From Paraspadella gotoi (taxonomy: Eukaryota > Animalia > Chaetognatha), in contig CM119265.1 in NCBI GenBank assembly GCA_051294375.1, forward strand, positions 15,104,963-15,168,962: a DNA stretch of 64,000 nucleotides, written 5' to 3'. This document shows positions 23,750 through 37,500 of this stretch, one piece after another. Made by a program: the position numbers and the translations under genes. Position 1 is the stretch's first letter, and every line of letters begins with the position of its first letter. Below the pieces are notes generated by a model that saw only the letters and a program-made list of their open reading frames with translations, was not told where the DNA came from and did not search any database.

Positions 23750-24247
23750 CGCTCCGAAAAGCCTTATTCCACTTAATAGTAGTTACTATTTTAAAATTTA
23801 CGTATATAACATGTTGCATTAGTATCAAGACTTAATAAAATATTAAATCTGAAAGAAGACTCATTCCACTTCATTCCAATTTATGAATCTAAATAACATG
23901 TTGTATTCTAATGTTGGAGACAAATTCGTGTGGACGTCGATGGAATCGAGATGGAATCAGGATGGAATCGAGATGGAACCGATCCACTACGAACAATATA
24001 AACTGTTTAAATATAAAACNNNNNNNNNNAATCCTGCGACTACCGGTCCAATTATAACATTTGGTAGCCAAGCAGAATTGCCTTCATCTCTTAAAGATTT
24101 TTAAATTTTTCGGAAATGACTTGCCCATTGTAAAGCCTTGCTTATTCGTTTCCGCATCGGCTATGTGCTCATTCACTTCTTGAATCTTGATTCAAATAGA
24201 TTTTGTGGCCTCTTATACGTTTNNNNNNNNNNNNNNNNNNNNNNNNN

Positions 24248-25485
24248 AATTACATCAAGGAAAATATGTTGGGAGGTAAAAAAATAAGATTGTACTACTT
24301 TTTGTCAAAATTGGCGCAACACCCTTAGTGCTACCCTCGCCTAAAGGATAAAAAAGCACACCTTGGGCACATTTTCGTCAATTGACTGAAACCTAATGAT
24401 CCAATCCACGTCCAAAGGATCTTATTAGTTGCCCAACCTTCTAAGGATAATTGCAGTAAAAATTTCAGCTCTCTATCATGACGAAGGCTCACACTACAGC
24501 AGTTTACTGTGTGATGGAGTATAGAGAACAATAAGCTTTAAACATTTAAACTCAAAATAAAATCATTTCTCTTCAGATCTTAATATTTTTTTATATAATA
24601 TCATACTAGTAGGAGCCAAGTATCTATTTTTGAAAGGTATGCCCACATCCTGGTGATACTTCCTGTACAAAACACTAAAAATATAATCACTACTGTATAT
24701 CATTTTTTCAACAGTTTTTAAATCTACAGTGTTAATTGTGACATACTAATTAGTAGTCGTCTGGCAACAGTGCAATAGACCCTTAAAATTTTCATGGAGT
24801 TGCACTTAAATGCAACTGCAGCAGCTTTTTGACCATTTTTCTTTAATTTTATGAAAAACTAATGATGCTATTTTACCCTAAACTGATCTCAATACTTGTA
24901 CAATGTCCATGTTTTCAATATTAATCTTGTATAAATATTAAATATATATCATGTCTTCGGACCTTTCTACAGCAATCACAATATGCTGGAGAAAGATTAG
25001 TGATTTTTGTTTTTAGTGTTTTGTACAGGAAAGTATCACCAGGATGTGGGCACACCTTTTAAAAAATAGGACACTTGGCTCCTACTAGTATGATATTATA
25101 TAAAAAAAAATTAGATCTGAAGAGAAATGATTTTTATTTTGAGTTTAAATGTTTAAAAGCCTATTGTTCTCTATACTCCACCATACAGTAACTGCTGTAG
25201 TGTAAGCCTTTGTCATTATAGAAAGCTGAAATTTTTACTGCATCATCCTTAGAAGGTGGGACAACTAATAAGATCCTTTGGACGTGGATTGGCTCATGAG
25301 GATTCAGTCAATTGACGAAAATGTGCCCAAGGTGTGCTTTTTTATCCTTTAGGCGAGGGTAGCACTAAGGGTGTTGCACCAATTTTGACAAAAAGTAGTA
25401 CAATCTTATTTTTTTACCTCCCAACATATTTTCCTAGATGTAAATTAAGATGTGAAAACTTTTCAAATTTGAGTGAAACACCCTA
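24248..25485. mobile_element. Long-TIR MITE (~440-bp arms) with a TAGGGTGTTTCAC terminus; left end lost in a gap
   Basis: 24248-24690 is the reverse complement of ~24997-25446; right end ..GAGTGAAACACCCTA shared with 32402-32416. Confidence 0.8.
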
Positions 25486-25908
25486 GGCCTACGTGCGTTG
25501 TTCGATTGGAGCCCAGTTTAAAATTGGGAGAGAGAGAGAGAGAGAGAGGAGAGAAGAGATGACTTAGAAATTAAGTCGAAATATATGGCAAAAAATTTAA
25601 AAATTTTTTGTTTCTTATGCACTGTCTCTCCATAGTGAAAATAAGTATTTAATTAAGCATTCTACTAGTGCATGTGATGACATTAAAGCAATTCATAATA
25701 TTTAATATTCGAGCAGTTGGAATGTAACTAAAACGTATAAGAGGCCACAAAATCTATTTGAATCAAGATTCAAGAAGTGAATGAGCACATAGCCGATGCG
25801 GAAACGAATAAGCAAGGCTTTACAATGGGCAAGTCATTTCCGAAAAATTTAAAAATCTTTAAGAGATGAAGGCAATTCTGCTTGGCTACCAAATGTTATA
25901 ATTGGACC

Positions 25909-26886
25909 GGTAGTCGCAGGATTGGGCCCACGTATTATTAGGCCCATTAAAATTGCACCCCAAGGATTGCACCCACGTAGCATTGCGCCCACATAGAATT
26001 GCACCCATAGTATTCCGCCCACGTAAGATTGCGCCCACATGGATTCCGCCCTGTAGGATTCCGCCCACGTAAAATTGCGCCCACCTAAGACTGCGCCACG
26101 TAGAATTCCGCCCTTAGTATGCGCCCAAAGGATTGTACCCTGTTGGATTCCACCACTTAGCATTGGGCCCGAAGGATTGAGCCCATAGTATTGCACCCAT
26201 AGAATTGAACCCACATAGGATTGGGCCCACGTAGGATTCCGCCCACCTAGGATTCCGCCCACATAGGATTAGGCCCATATAGGATTCCGCCCATCTAGGA
26301 TTCCGCCCATAGTATTATTGAGCCCACATAGGATTGGGCCCATATAACCACGTCTTGATGGATGTTAGTGTATCTCCTAAATACAGTCTTACATGGTGCT
26401 TTCTTGTGTCGTGAATCCCATGTGAGCATATTTTATGAGGGGGCGCAACGCATCAGGCCCACTCCTACATGGGCCTAATCCTACATGGACCAATCATATG
26501 TGGGCCTAATTGTATGTGGGCCAATCTACGTGGGCCCAATCATATGTGGGCCCAATTATATGTGGGCTCAATTGTATATGGGCCCAATCCTATGGGTGCA
26601 ATCCTATGGGCGCAATCCTATGGGCGCAGACCTACACGGGTTCAATTATACCTGGGCCCAATCCTTTGGGCGCAATCCTATGGCGCGCAATTCTGTGGGC
26701 GCAATCCTAAGTGGGCGCAATTTTACTGGGCGGAATACTATGTGGGACGGAATACTACGAGGCGCAATCCTAATTGGGCGCAATTCTACATGGGCACAAT
26801 CCTGCGGGTGTAATTATAAGTGGGCGCAATGCTGTGGGCGCAATTTTCTGGGCGCAATCCTACGTGGGTACAATCCTAATGGAACC
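25909..26886. mobile_element. Foldback-type element: two opposed arrays of a ~15-bp repeat (TAGGATTGCGCCCAC) around a ~110-bp spacer
   Basis: Array 25918-26345 and its inverse 26455-26880; ends GGTAGTCGCAGGATTG / CAATCCTAATGGAACC. Confidence 0.8.
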
Positions 26887-27010
26887 ATAACATGTTGCAT
26901 TAGTATCAAGACTTAATAAAAGGTTCCATACTTTGATACTAATGCAACATGTTATATACGTAAATTTTAAAATAGTAACTACTATTAAGTGGAATAGGCT
27001 TTTCGGAGCG

Positions 27011-28050
27011 TCAGACTTGTTTGGCCGCCAAAACGCCCCTGCCGTAACCGTTTGCTGCCCTCTTGGCCTTCTCGACTTCTGGGTCTTCCCGAATCAGCAG
27101 TAGCCGTAGAGGCGGCATCTTCTTCCGTCGCAGAATCGAACGATAGATCAAAGGGATTGAGGATTGACTCAGAGAGTTGGTAATTCTCTTCGAACTCCTC
27201 CACGATAGTGTTGGGATCCCGAGCGCGCAACACAGTATCGGCCGGTGGTAACGGAAATTTTTTCGTTTGGGCGTCCGACCTGCGAAGAAAAACGTGCATT
27301 GATATGGCAACAGTCTTGATATTCCATATTCAAGCAATCTTTTTTTTTCACCCGTCGGAATATTCTTGGCGATTTCCTCGGAAGTGAATTTCGTCTCATG
27401 CCGATCGAGCGCATCGAGCTTCGTGCAGACATCCTTAGTGTCGTCCGCCGCCAGGGCAACTTGGCTACGCAGTCCTTGGCTCAAAGCGGCCTCCAGTTGA
27501 TGAGGTAGCGAAGCCTGCTGATCCAAATCCTCCGACTGAGAGGTCAGCACCTCTCGCGAGCCTTAAGGAAAACGTCGTCTTTATAATAAATATGTTTGTC
27601 AATGCAGAAAAATACATTTCTTAACTATTATCACCTGAATGTGTACTTCCTCGACAATATCTGACGAGGACTTGATGATCTTTTTCACTTCCTTCAAGTC
27701 GGCGCTTTGACTTGGCAGCGTATTCGCTCCTCATCCCTTCAACGTTTCGGAAATTTTTGTCTGCCGACGCTTGTACGGAGGGGAAACTAGATTTCGCTTC
27801 CTCACCAAATTTGACGCATTCTTCTTTTGTCGTATTTTCAGCGGAACTAATAACAGTTGCAAGGAATTGATTGACGAAGCAATAACCATCTTCAGTTTTA
27901 TTCCTAACCTTAAAGCCGAAATATTTTCTGAGAATCTTCGACTGTTCCTTGAATTTCAGTATTTAAAGATTGGGCTTGTAATTTAGATTCGGAGTCCATT
28001 GCGGTCAATCCTTCCATTGCTTCAGTCCAGCCTTCCATCATCTTCAATGA
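27011..28050 (-). pseudogene. Inverted copy of the last KIF11 exons including the BimC box, with indels
   Basis: Near-identical reverse complement of 22700-23749; no upstream exons; frame-breaking indels. Confidence 0.85.
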
Positions 28051-28192
28051 AACCAAGCAAATTATTTTTCAAAACAAGGGCCAAAGCAACTTTCATTGTA
28101 AAATTGACTGAATTAAAAACAAGTTTTGAGCAAACAACGTCGGCTCTGTAAGCAGTAATTTAGATATAATCAGCTTATCAGATAATGAATTT

Positions 28193-31100
28193 AGACACAT
28201 TTTTTTCCGCAACAAATGGTCATAGAAACTTCGGAAAACCACCATTCGATTCGAAATAAAATTCTCTTTCGAATGATGTGCTATATGATTAACTTATTTA
28301 AAGATTTCGCTTGACCCAGCGGCATCGAAGTTCCACATGCGTCAGATTCATTGATTTACGTATATTTTGAAACGAAGGGATCTTATGTGATGTTTTTAAT
28401 CATTATGGATTGAAATGAATGTAAAACTCCGATGTAGTTGTAATTTATTAAAAATTAATAAAAAGTATTAAGCAAAATATACCGGAAGTGTTAATTTTAA
28501 TATTTTTAAACCAATTTATCTTCTCTCATGAAAGTGACGGCAAGAGGCAAACAATTTCTTGCGTTGTTATTGTTAACTGAATCTTTAAACTTGAAGTTCA
28601 TAAGACACTTTGTTTGGCTTAGGGTGAGATCGACGATGTTCTTCAATGCCCTGAAGCATTGCTTCATGTTGCATTTTATTACGGGTTATTGAACCATTGT
28701 AATCACTTGCAAATTTAACCACCTCTCCGCAGCCATTTGAGTGGCAAAAAAAAATCCATTATACAAGCATTGACCAGAATGAGTTGAGATAAGTTAGGCG
28801 TTATCAATATACATTCTTACACAGAGAATTTCGAACAAAAAGGATGGCTCAAAGTGAAAACTAAGCATGTAAGATAATAAATAATAATAAATATAGTCAT
28901 TTGAAATTAGAATATAATATAATATAAAATTATTGATAAATATTTGCAAATGAACACTGAAAAATAACCATGAATCAGCCGAAACGTAATCTTCTAATTT
29001 GCTGTTTTCATATACGCATGGTATTTCCGGCTTTCCCATTTCTACTTGGACCTTTTCAGAGCTCAAGAGGGCTTCAGCATCGACATTCTAGTTGAGTTTG
29101 AGACTTTTTTTGAAGCCAAAGCGAGAATACCGAGTGGCCAGAAAGATATTCGGTGATGTAAATCAATCTTTCTTAGTCCAGCATGGGCCCCATCGCGATC
29201 CTTGATCGCCACGCCCATTAGATCTTCATGAAGGGAGAGAGTAAGGAATGGAGCATCCGCCATGAATGGACAGCAGAACCAGTAATAAAATTGAATGTAC
29301 AAGATGTAATAAGACATCACCAAGACATCCATTTTCTGCTGGTGACTCAAAACGAAAGAATCACCAACGATCAGCATTTTGAGAATGTAGAGGCGAGTGA
29401 TGTATCGTGATGTTAGCGTGATGTATCGTGCTTAGCCTTTGTCATGTGAAGTTGAGCTTCTTTGCCAAAGAAAAAGAGACGAGATCAACTGACTTCATAT
29501 TAATTTTATTATGAGTGTGCTTTTGGCAATATAATGTGGATAAGGCGCTACGTGGCTGAAGATGACTGTCCGTAACTTCTATAACCCCCTCTAGCAGCCA
29601 TGGAACGGGTCCCTGGGCTTGGAACCAGGCTTGAGGGTTTGCCATGCCCCAAGGCGGCTTACGGCCGTCCTCACGCTTCCCGCAGGTAGGTACCGGTTGG
29701 GATTGAACCGGTACCTAGTGGTCATGAGCTGATGGCTTTACTCAATGAGCCACCGGGTCACAACTGAAAGCGTCATGATTCTCGGCGGGTGAACCTAGGC
29801 AATGCCCGACTACAATAATGATAATTGATTTTTAAAATCTAAATAAATCTGCAAAACTACAAAGCATTTTGTGCATAATTATTTATCTAATTTTACTCTA
29901 CAATGTCATATTTTTAGTAGAATATGAGTAATCTTTTCCTTAGTTCTTCCTTAGTTCTTCCGAATTGTTTCAGGTGAAGCAAAGGAATTCGCGCGTCACC
30001 CAGTTTCCAAAGGTTAATTAATTCTAGAGCTACGACATAAGCAGTCTCATTTTTATCTCGTGGTTTTGGGCTGAGTGTAAAAAATGTCAAAGAACCGTTC
30101 CAATACTGCTGCCCTTTTGGTGGTTCTGCCGGCGGTGGTCGAAAGTTCGCTAAGCGCTTGCAAATACCAAATTCGGGAAACAGAGGAAACTCGGTCCCTG
30201 TAGCAGAACGAGTGTTCATGATTAATGGACTGTCTGTAAAAAAAGATTATTCTTAATAAATTAAACAAAGAATAACTATCTATCAGTCACAGAAATTTAA
30301 TAATTAACTAAATTATATCGAAAAATAATAAATATTGTAACTGAGAAAGAGTTCCAATTTGGATGTTGTTACCTAGTTGCTTTCAACTCGCCTGGGTCAA
30401 GCGAAATATTTTTAGAAATTAATTAAATTATATACCAACGAAAGAGAATTTTATTTCGAATCGAATGGTGGTTTTCCGAAGTTTCTATGACCATTTGTTG
30501 CGGAAAAAAATGTGTCTAATAATGATTGGTGATGTTTAAACATTTCGTAAATTCTTATTAAGATTTCAAATAAGAAAAAGGTGAAATGATTTTGTACGAT
30601 TGTGGTATGTTACAGTGGTTATGTTGTTTGTTACGGTGGTTGTGGAAACTGTTATAGTTAAGGTCTTTATAGTTGTTTTGGTTATAATACATTAATAGTG
30701 ACTAATATAACAGTTTCGGTTTTTGACTTAATGGTTATTAAGGTTTTAGTGATTAAGGTTTAATGAGTGTAATTTTTATAATCATTGCAGTCATTGCAGC
30801 GATTAGACTTAAGTAAGGCGGGCCAAAATTGATCACTTTTTTTCATTAAGAGTTCTGTAATATAAATAGGGTAGCCCCACTCAATGGGGTGAGTTAAAAA
30901 TTTAGAATTATTACATGCTCAAACGAAAATTTATACATTTTTGAAGTATACTTTCAATGGACAAAACATTTCTTATGTGGCCTCTAAACCAAATATTAAT
31001 TTTTAAATATTTATTTATAAATAGGAAAGGCCAAAATTTTTTTCAGAATTTTTAAATTTTAAGACCAGATTCAGATAGCTCATAAAAAGTTGTCTACACA

Positions 31101-32416
31101 AAGTATAATTCTTTTTAAATATTTTCATGTTAAGTGAGTCAAAAATAAGAAAAACCTTAAAAAATCATCATCATCATCATCTTTCGATAATTTTTATTAG
31201 TTTTTTTTTTATTTTTACATAGAAAACGTAAGAATTTTTAAAAGCTGTAATTATATTTCTTGTTAACTTTTTATGCTCGATCAGAATCCATCAAAAATTT
31301 TAAGATTTCAAAAAAATTTTTATAATGTAAAAAAAGACAAGTAATATTTAATGTATTAATCAAGACGTATAATGTAAATTTTTTTGAAAATGATTGCTTA
31401 AATATTTAGTCAAGACAACTAAAAATACTTTACTAATAGTCGAAATTTATATTATCTCTGGAGTTGGTCCCTAATATAAAATTCCTTTGTCCATCATATA
31501 CTTAATCAATATTTACTATCACTTTTTTAAACTAATGAAGCACAGTATAACATTGAAAGCATTTAAATATTTATCAATGCATATTATCAATTCATTGCAT
31601 AAGCAATGAAAAAAAACTTTTAACAAATTTTATTTTTTTAAGAACGGTTTCAGATAGCCCATAAAAAGTTATCTGCACAAAGTATAATGTATTTTTCAAT
31701 ATTTCGATGATAGTGGGTCAAATAATGGAAAAAACTCTTTAAAATCATCATCATCATCGTAATACCATAATTTTATAGTTTTTTGCTAATTTTAAGCAAT
31801 AAAACAAAAAAATTTATAAATCTTGTAGTAATATTTTATTTATTTTTTAATGTTTACTGAATCCGTTTTTAAAAATTCTGATTTTGAAAAAAATCTTTAT
31901 CATTTATAATAATAAAATAAACTTAAATGCTATGTTATTAACTATATATAAAATCTTAAATTTTTTTTAATTTCGTCATCCCACAGGGATGCTTTAACGT
32001 TATTTATATTACAGAACTCTAGTTTTACTTTGTTCCGCCTTAATATACAGTGTAGTTTTAATGTAATTATTATTTTTATTTTTGTTCTTTTTTTTGTAAT
32101 ATGCGTTTTTGACAATTTGAATTTTTCTCCAAATATTTATTTTCGAGTCACTGCATTGTAATGATTATAAAGATGTTATCTTTCGTTGTTTTTCGAGATT
32201 AATTTACAAAGTATAAGAGCGCTGATGAAGGTTTGTAAACAAAACCGAAACATGTACGATATCAAAAATAACGTTATAAAGAAAATAAAAACTTTTTTTT
32301 ATTTAAACCCATTTCCATTCGCACGATTCCATAAAATTTTTTTTAAAAAAAATCATACCAATTGGTACATCCTATCTAAGATCTGAAAACTTTTCAAATT
32401 TGGGTGAAACACCCTA
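28193..32416 (-). mobile_element. Inverted copy of the hATm-like element with an intact TAGGGTG end
   Basis: Reverse complement of 18163-22555; ORF fragments 28794-29066, 29063-29377, 29914-30219; terminus AAACACCCTA ending at 32416. Confidence 0.6.
29537..29813 (-). mobile_element. tRNA-derived SINE-like insertion
   Basis: Minus strand 29759-29689: A box TGGCTCATTGAG, CTCATGA loop, B box GGTTCAATCCC; absent from the homologous site ~21110; ATAATG on both flanks. Confidence 0.72.
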
Positions 32417-33370
32417 ACGTAGGCCCAACAACCATGACAGACATAGACCGAGACAAAGTACTCCATTGACACGTCGTCTCCCTTAAAGGCCGATCGACTC
32501 TCACTTCGATGTTGAGATGGATCTTCGAACGGAGTAGCCACACATTCTGTGAATCGTGATCTCGGAGGAAGAGAAAGCGGGCTGCCCGAGGGGTCAAATT
32601 AATTTTTCTTTTTTCTTTTTTTTTTTTGTATTTATCAACTCTACATTTGTTTGTTTTCTTTGTACTGAGACTTAATTAATGGCGCTAATTAGTACTATTA
32701 AACTTGGTCTACTTGTCAATAGAACAAGTAATTCACAGCGCAAATTAACTTTATTTGTCGTCTTTATTACTAGCTCCTGTAATAACTGACGAATCTATTT
32801 AGCCTAATATATTAAAATAGGATTGAGTATTCATTATGATTTTATTAAGTAACGTGAAACAAACGAAATAAAACTGGAGAGAATTACAAATTGGTACTCG
32901 GCCAAAATCACGACTGAAGAATTACAAGCGATCGAAAACCAAAAAGCATTTGTTTACAATTCGGCGAAAGTTATTTGTAAACTACAAGACCGAGATTTTG
33001 TAATAATACTTTAATATTCTGACAGTGTACAAGTGGTTCGTATTATATGGACTGCCAATTAATTAAACAGTAGCACCTATTTTTGATGTGTTGAGCTTCG
33101 ATATACTGGTACAAACTAATTTTATTTTCTCGTAGCTTTTATCAAGTTTATTTTTGTTTCGTGTCAACGATATAGAGTGACACGTGTCATCGATAGAAAG
33201 TATAGCACTCAGATGCTAATATCCGGATATTCAGCAAGTTCACTTGTTTCATATACATTATGAATGTAGTAGACCTAAAAATCGTTCTTTGTATCAAACT
33301 GTTTAACTTAATGTCGCCTTAAGGAGTGTTAACCCACTCCAGGTGCAATAGAATTTATTCAAATCAAATC

Positions 33371-33435
<65 letters not shown>

Positions 33436-33802
33436 GTATAATTACATAACCGTAAATGAACTCTTATCGCTATTTACTGTACCATTGTTTACTGCAACTT
33501 GTGTTAAAATACTTTTTAGCAAACGACAGTGCTACTATATAGCACCGAATCTGTGTTATTAAATCTGTCTTTATTTTTTGTAGAGTGAAGAAAGTTGGGG
33601 AATAGGATTCGAGTCAAACTAGGATATCGATTATGTCAAACTAGGATATTGAACATGTACAGTTCTGTTCAGTAAGAAGCTTTTATTCACGGTCTATAAT
33701 TGTAGTAGACATAAAAATTTTAATGTAACACACTGTTGAATTAATGTCGCCTTAAGGAATGATAAAACATTCCAGGTACAATAGAATCTATTCAAATCAA
33801 AA

Positions 33803-33835
<33 letters not shown>

Positions 33836-33911
33836 TAATGGTTAACCTTTCTTTTATTTCATTTATTTTTTTTTTTTATATTTATTACCTTTTCTTGTTT
33901 TGTCTCTTTCA

Positions 33912-33952
33912 GCCACTGATGATGACTTAGAAATTAAGTCGAAATATATGGC
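33912..33952 (+). ncRNA. Minimal type I hammerhead ribozyme in a Penelope-like fragment
   Basis: GCCA-CTGATGA-T-GACTTA gaaat TAAGTC-GAAA-TATA-TGGC; 5'-truncated copy of the same repeat at 25558-25657. Confidence 0.75.
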
Positions 33953-34555
33953 AAAATTTAAATTTTTTTTGTTTCTTATGCACTGTCTCTCCATAGTGAA
34001 AATAAGTATTTAATTAAATATTATTATATTTTGATGCGAACTTGTTATGATCGTTTGCTATATTTGTATATTATAGAATATAGATTTTGTTTTAGATACT
34101 TTCGTGAAGCCAATTTTTGTATTACGAAATTGTCGGACTCTGACCATCCTTCACTCCGCCAGAAAAAACTTTCAGTAAATATGAAGGCTTTTTTCCTTTC
34201 GAAAATCTAACGCGTTATCGTTTGTCACTAGTATACCTGTATACAAATGGTATACCTGTATAAATCAACGATTTAACGCAAGAAAGAAAGAACGGACAGC
34301 TTTGTAATGACTACTTTTTTACAATATATAATGAAGAAAGATTGGAATAGCAATCAGTTCTTCTTTATGGGCGGGACCCGGGTAGAGTTTGATAAATGAT
34401 AAATGTAATAATTCGCCGAGCTTTGTCACAATTATTTTTATGTAATTTGCGACTTTTTAAAAATTTTGTTCCCCGTTTCATAAAATATCCTTCGGGTTTT
34501 TGTTTTTTTTATCATAAAAATGCTCAAATATTGTTATTAGTTTTAATGATTCAAA

Positions 34556-37500
34556 ATGCCACAAACATCAAGAGATTACAAGCGACGAAGCAAAACTCGT
34601 TCTCGCAGCAGGGATCGCGAATATGCATCTAGGTATAAAAAATCTAGTTTTATCTTTTTAAAAATAGTCTGCCCATTATGACATAAATGTTTAAATCCAA
34701 CTTTCGTTTCTTTGTGCTGTAGAAGGACATCTTATCACGGTGGCGGGAGAGAACGGGAATTTGATACGCGTTCCAAAATCAAGTCACGATCGCGGTCTCG
34801 CGAGAAGCTTTCGGGTAATTATATCATCTTTTTTTACTTAGCGTAAGTTAATTTTTTTACTTTTGATGCTTTCGTGCAATTTCTTCTGAGCAGCGGAACC
34901 TATCGAACCAATTTTCGACGAAGGCAATTGTTGTTGTTAATTCTTCAACAGGTTCTAAGACACACTTCTCTCTCAGATAAACGTCAAACCTCACAATCAA
35001 AAGGGGAAAAAAATGAATAAAACGAATTTCTTGCTTCTTGTAATGATTTTTAGCTCGAAAGCGTAGCCCTGATCCTATTGAAAAAGCTCGCGGGTACTCG
35101 TCTAACTTCGGGCATCGCGACGAAGGTAAAAAGCGAATATCAAATTAAATAGTCTAAAGAATATTTCCTTTTGACGAGTTTTTGCTTTCGTGTGCAGGAG
35201 TAAGAGATTCCAGGACCAAAAATGACGCTAGAGATGGAAGAGATCCAACCAATTCCTCTACCGCCTACGAGCATCTCTTTAACATGAGTTCAAGTAATGC
35301 GGTCGCTTATAAGAGAAAAAAACGAAACTAACCCAATTAATGATGACTATGTAGGCATTTGGTCTGAAGTCGCAAAGTTGTTTGCATAGCACCGGAGTTT
35401 TTCTGGTTTTTGCCAACTTCCTTTGGCGACGTTTGATTAAATTTTCATCCTTGCACTGAATATTGCCCTCGACCCAATCCCTAGAAATTTGTTTGAACCA
35501 TTTCGCTAATTGAGGTTTATTTATTTAGGCAAAGGTCCCTCCTCGTCAAGTCGAGCTCGTGGGAGGGATGACGTTGCTGACGATCGAATTGGGAAGTTAT
35601 CCAGACGATTCGGCGGAGCCGCTCCGAAAAAAATAGGTCTTTATTATTCTTGTCAACCCGAATTGCGCAAATTCACTCACCAAAAACTTCTGACCTACCC
35701 AGAAATCGAAGAGAATATAACAATCGACATTCGTCGACGCCACGTGGGTAACGAACCGCCAGTGGTTCGTCCTATCGACGTTGAGACAGAGTTCGTCATG
35801 GTTCATCCCGCCCAGAAAAACGCCAAACCGATTTTCGAGCGTCCAGAGCTGAAGGTTGGGCCTTGAAAAAGCTGAAATGAAATAAAATCGCGACTCTGAT
35901 ATGACTCAGCCTTTCCTTTTTGAAAAGGGATTAACGAGCGGTGACGGTCGAGACCCCGACGCTCAGGTTTACCCCGAGCAACGCGTCATTCGCGTCGACG
36001 GCGGACGAGACAAGCAACAGGACGAAGCTTCCACGTCTTCGCGACGGAGACGAAACGACGACGACGACGTTTACAGAAAAGAAACGAGGAGCGATGGCTA
36101 TCGGAAACAATCAAGACGAGTTGAGGGAGATAGAGGAAACGAGGCGAGTCGATCGTTTTCGAGGAGTTCCGGCTTTTTTCAATATTAATCTTCTTGAGCT
36201 CGCTTCAGCACCGAGACGGACGTCGCGATTCCCGCATCGATAGTCGAGATTCTGAGCATTTCGAAGGCCGCCTGGAACCGCGCCCCGGCGGCATAAGTGC
36301 CCGGTTAGGTCACGCTCCTTCCGGGACTCGTCCGAACGAGACCAGAGGCCGTGACAGAAGCGGTGGTCGAGAGGGTCGAGATGGGGGAGATCGTGGTCAA
36401 CGGCGCGAACCCGAAGTCTACTTCGATGCGCGAAATTTATTGGGCAAACGACAGTACCCTTTCGAGGAGGGATTCACGTGAGAACAGCTTCGGTAGTGAT
36501 CGTTTTTGTTGTCATTATGATGTCACTCTTTTCTCATTACTCTCTATTTAGTGGAAAAATGGGACGTCTCGGCGATAACGTGTTGAGTCAGGGAATGATG
36601 GGCCGTGGCATGCGTGGCGCTGGCGGCGGTGGTCTCTTCTCCAAAGCCGTTGGCGGTCTTGTTTTGGAACGCCTCGGTCTTCGCGCCGACGATCTTATTG
36701 GAGCCCTTAACATCCCACCACATATTCTCGACCCAACAATCGTGCCCAAGAAGGCCTATTTTTACGAACATGACGACCGTGGAGAGGATGATGGATGGGG
36801 AGACAGTTTCAGAAGTGAGTACTCAATATATAAACGGATTTCAAATGGGAGTGAAATGAAAGGATCAAATACTGTGGCTAAACTATTTATTATAGCAACT
36901 TCAGATTTTGCACCCTGGTAAAAAAATTGCTGGCGTCTTTTATTTTTATTTCGCCAGACGGGCGAATGCCCGACTTGGGCGAGATGTTAATTCGTTTCTG
37001 CTTTTGATTCATTTGAGATAATCCACAAATTAATCTGTTACAGCGGCTGTCCAGTTTCAGACGATTCGGCGGAGCCGCTCCGAAAAAAATAGGTCTTTAT
37101 TATTCTTGTCAACCCGAATTGCGCAAATTCACTCACCAAAAACTTCTGACCTACCCAGAAATCGAAGAGAATATAACAATCGACATTCGTCGACGCCACG
37201 TGGGTAACGAACCGCCAGTGGTTCGTCCTATCGACGTTGAGACAGAGTTCGTCATGGTTCATCCCGCCCAGAAAAACGCCAAACCGATTTTCGAGCGTCC
37301 AGAGCTGAAGGTTGGGCCTTGAAAAAGCTGAAATGAAATAAAATCGCGACTCTGATATGACTCAGCCTTTCCTTTTTGAAAAGGGATTAACGAGCGGTGA
37401 CGGTCGAGACCCCGACGCTCAGGTTTACCCCGAGCAACGCGTCATTCGCGTCGACGGCGGACGAGACAAGCAACAGGACGAAGCTTCCACGTCTTCGCGA

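Noticed and set aside
24030-24222. Exact inverted copy of 25731-25923
   Set aside because: A tiny contig flanked by N gaps on both sides; most likely a scaffolding artefact.
25849-26916. ORFs with WAQSY/GPI repeats; CRISPR-like appearance
   Set aside because: These are translations of a 15-bp tandem array with no unique spacers and no cas genes, in a eukaryotic context.
29689-29759. Functional tRNA-Met gene
   Set aside because: The acceptor and anticodon stems do not pair properly and it lies in an insertion; treated as a SINE head.
32417-32600. GC-rich block as an SL RNA or snRNA gene
   Set aside because: No convincing donor-plus-Sm-site arrangement could be identified by eye.
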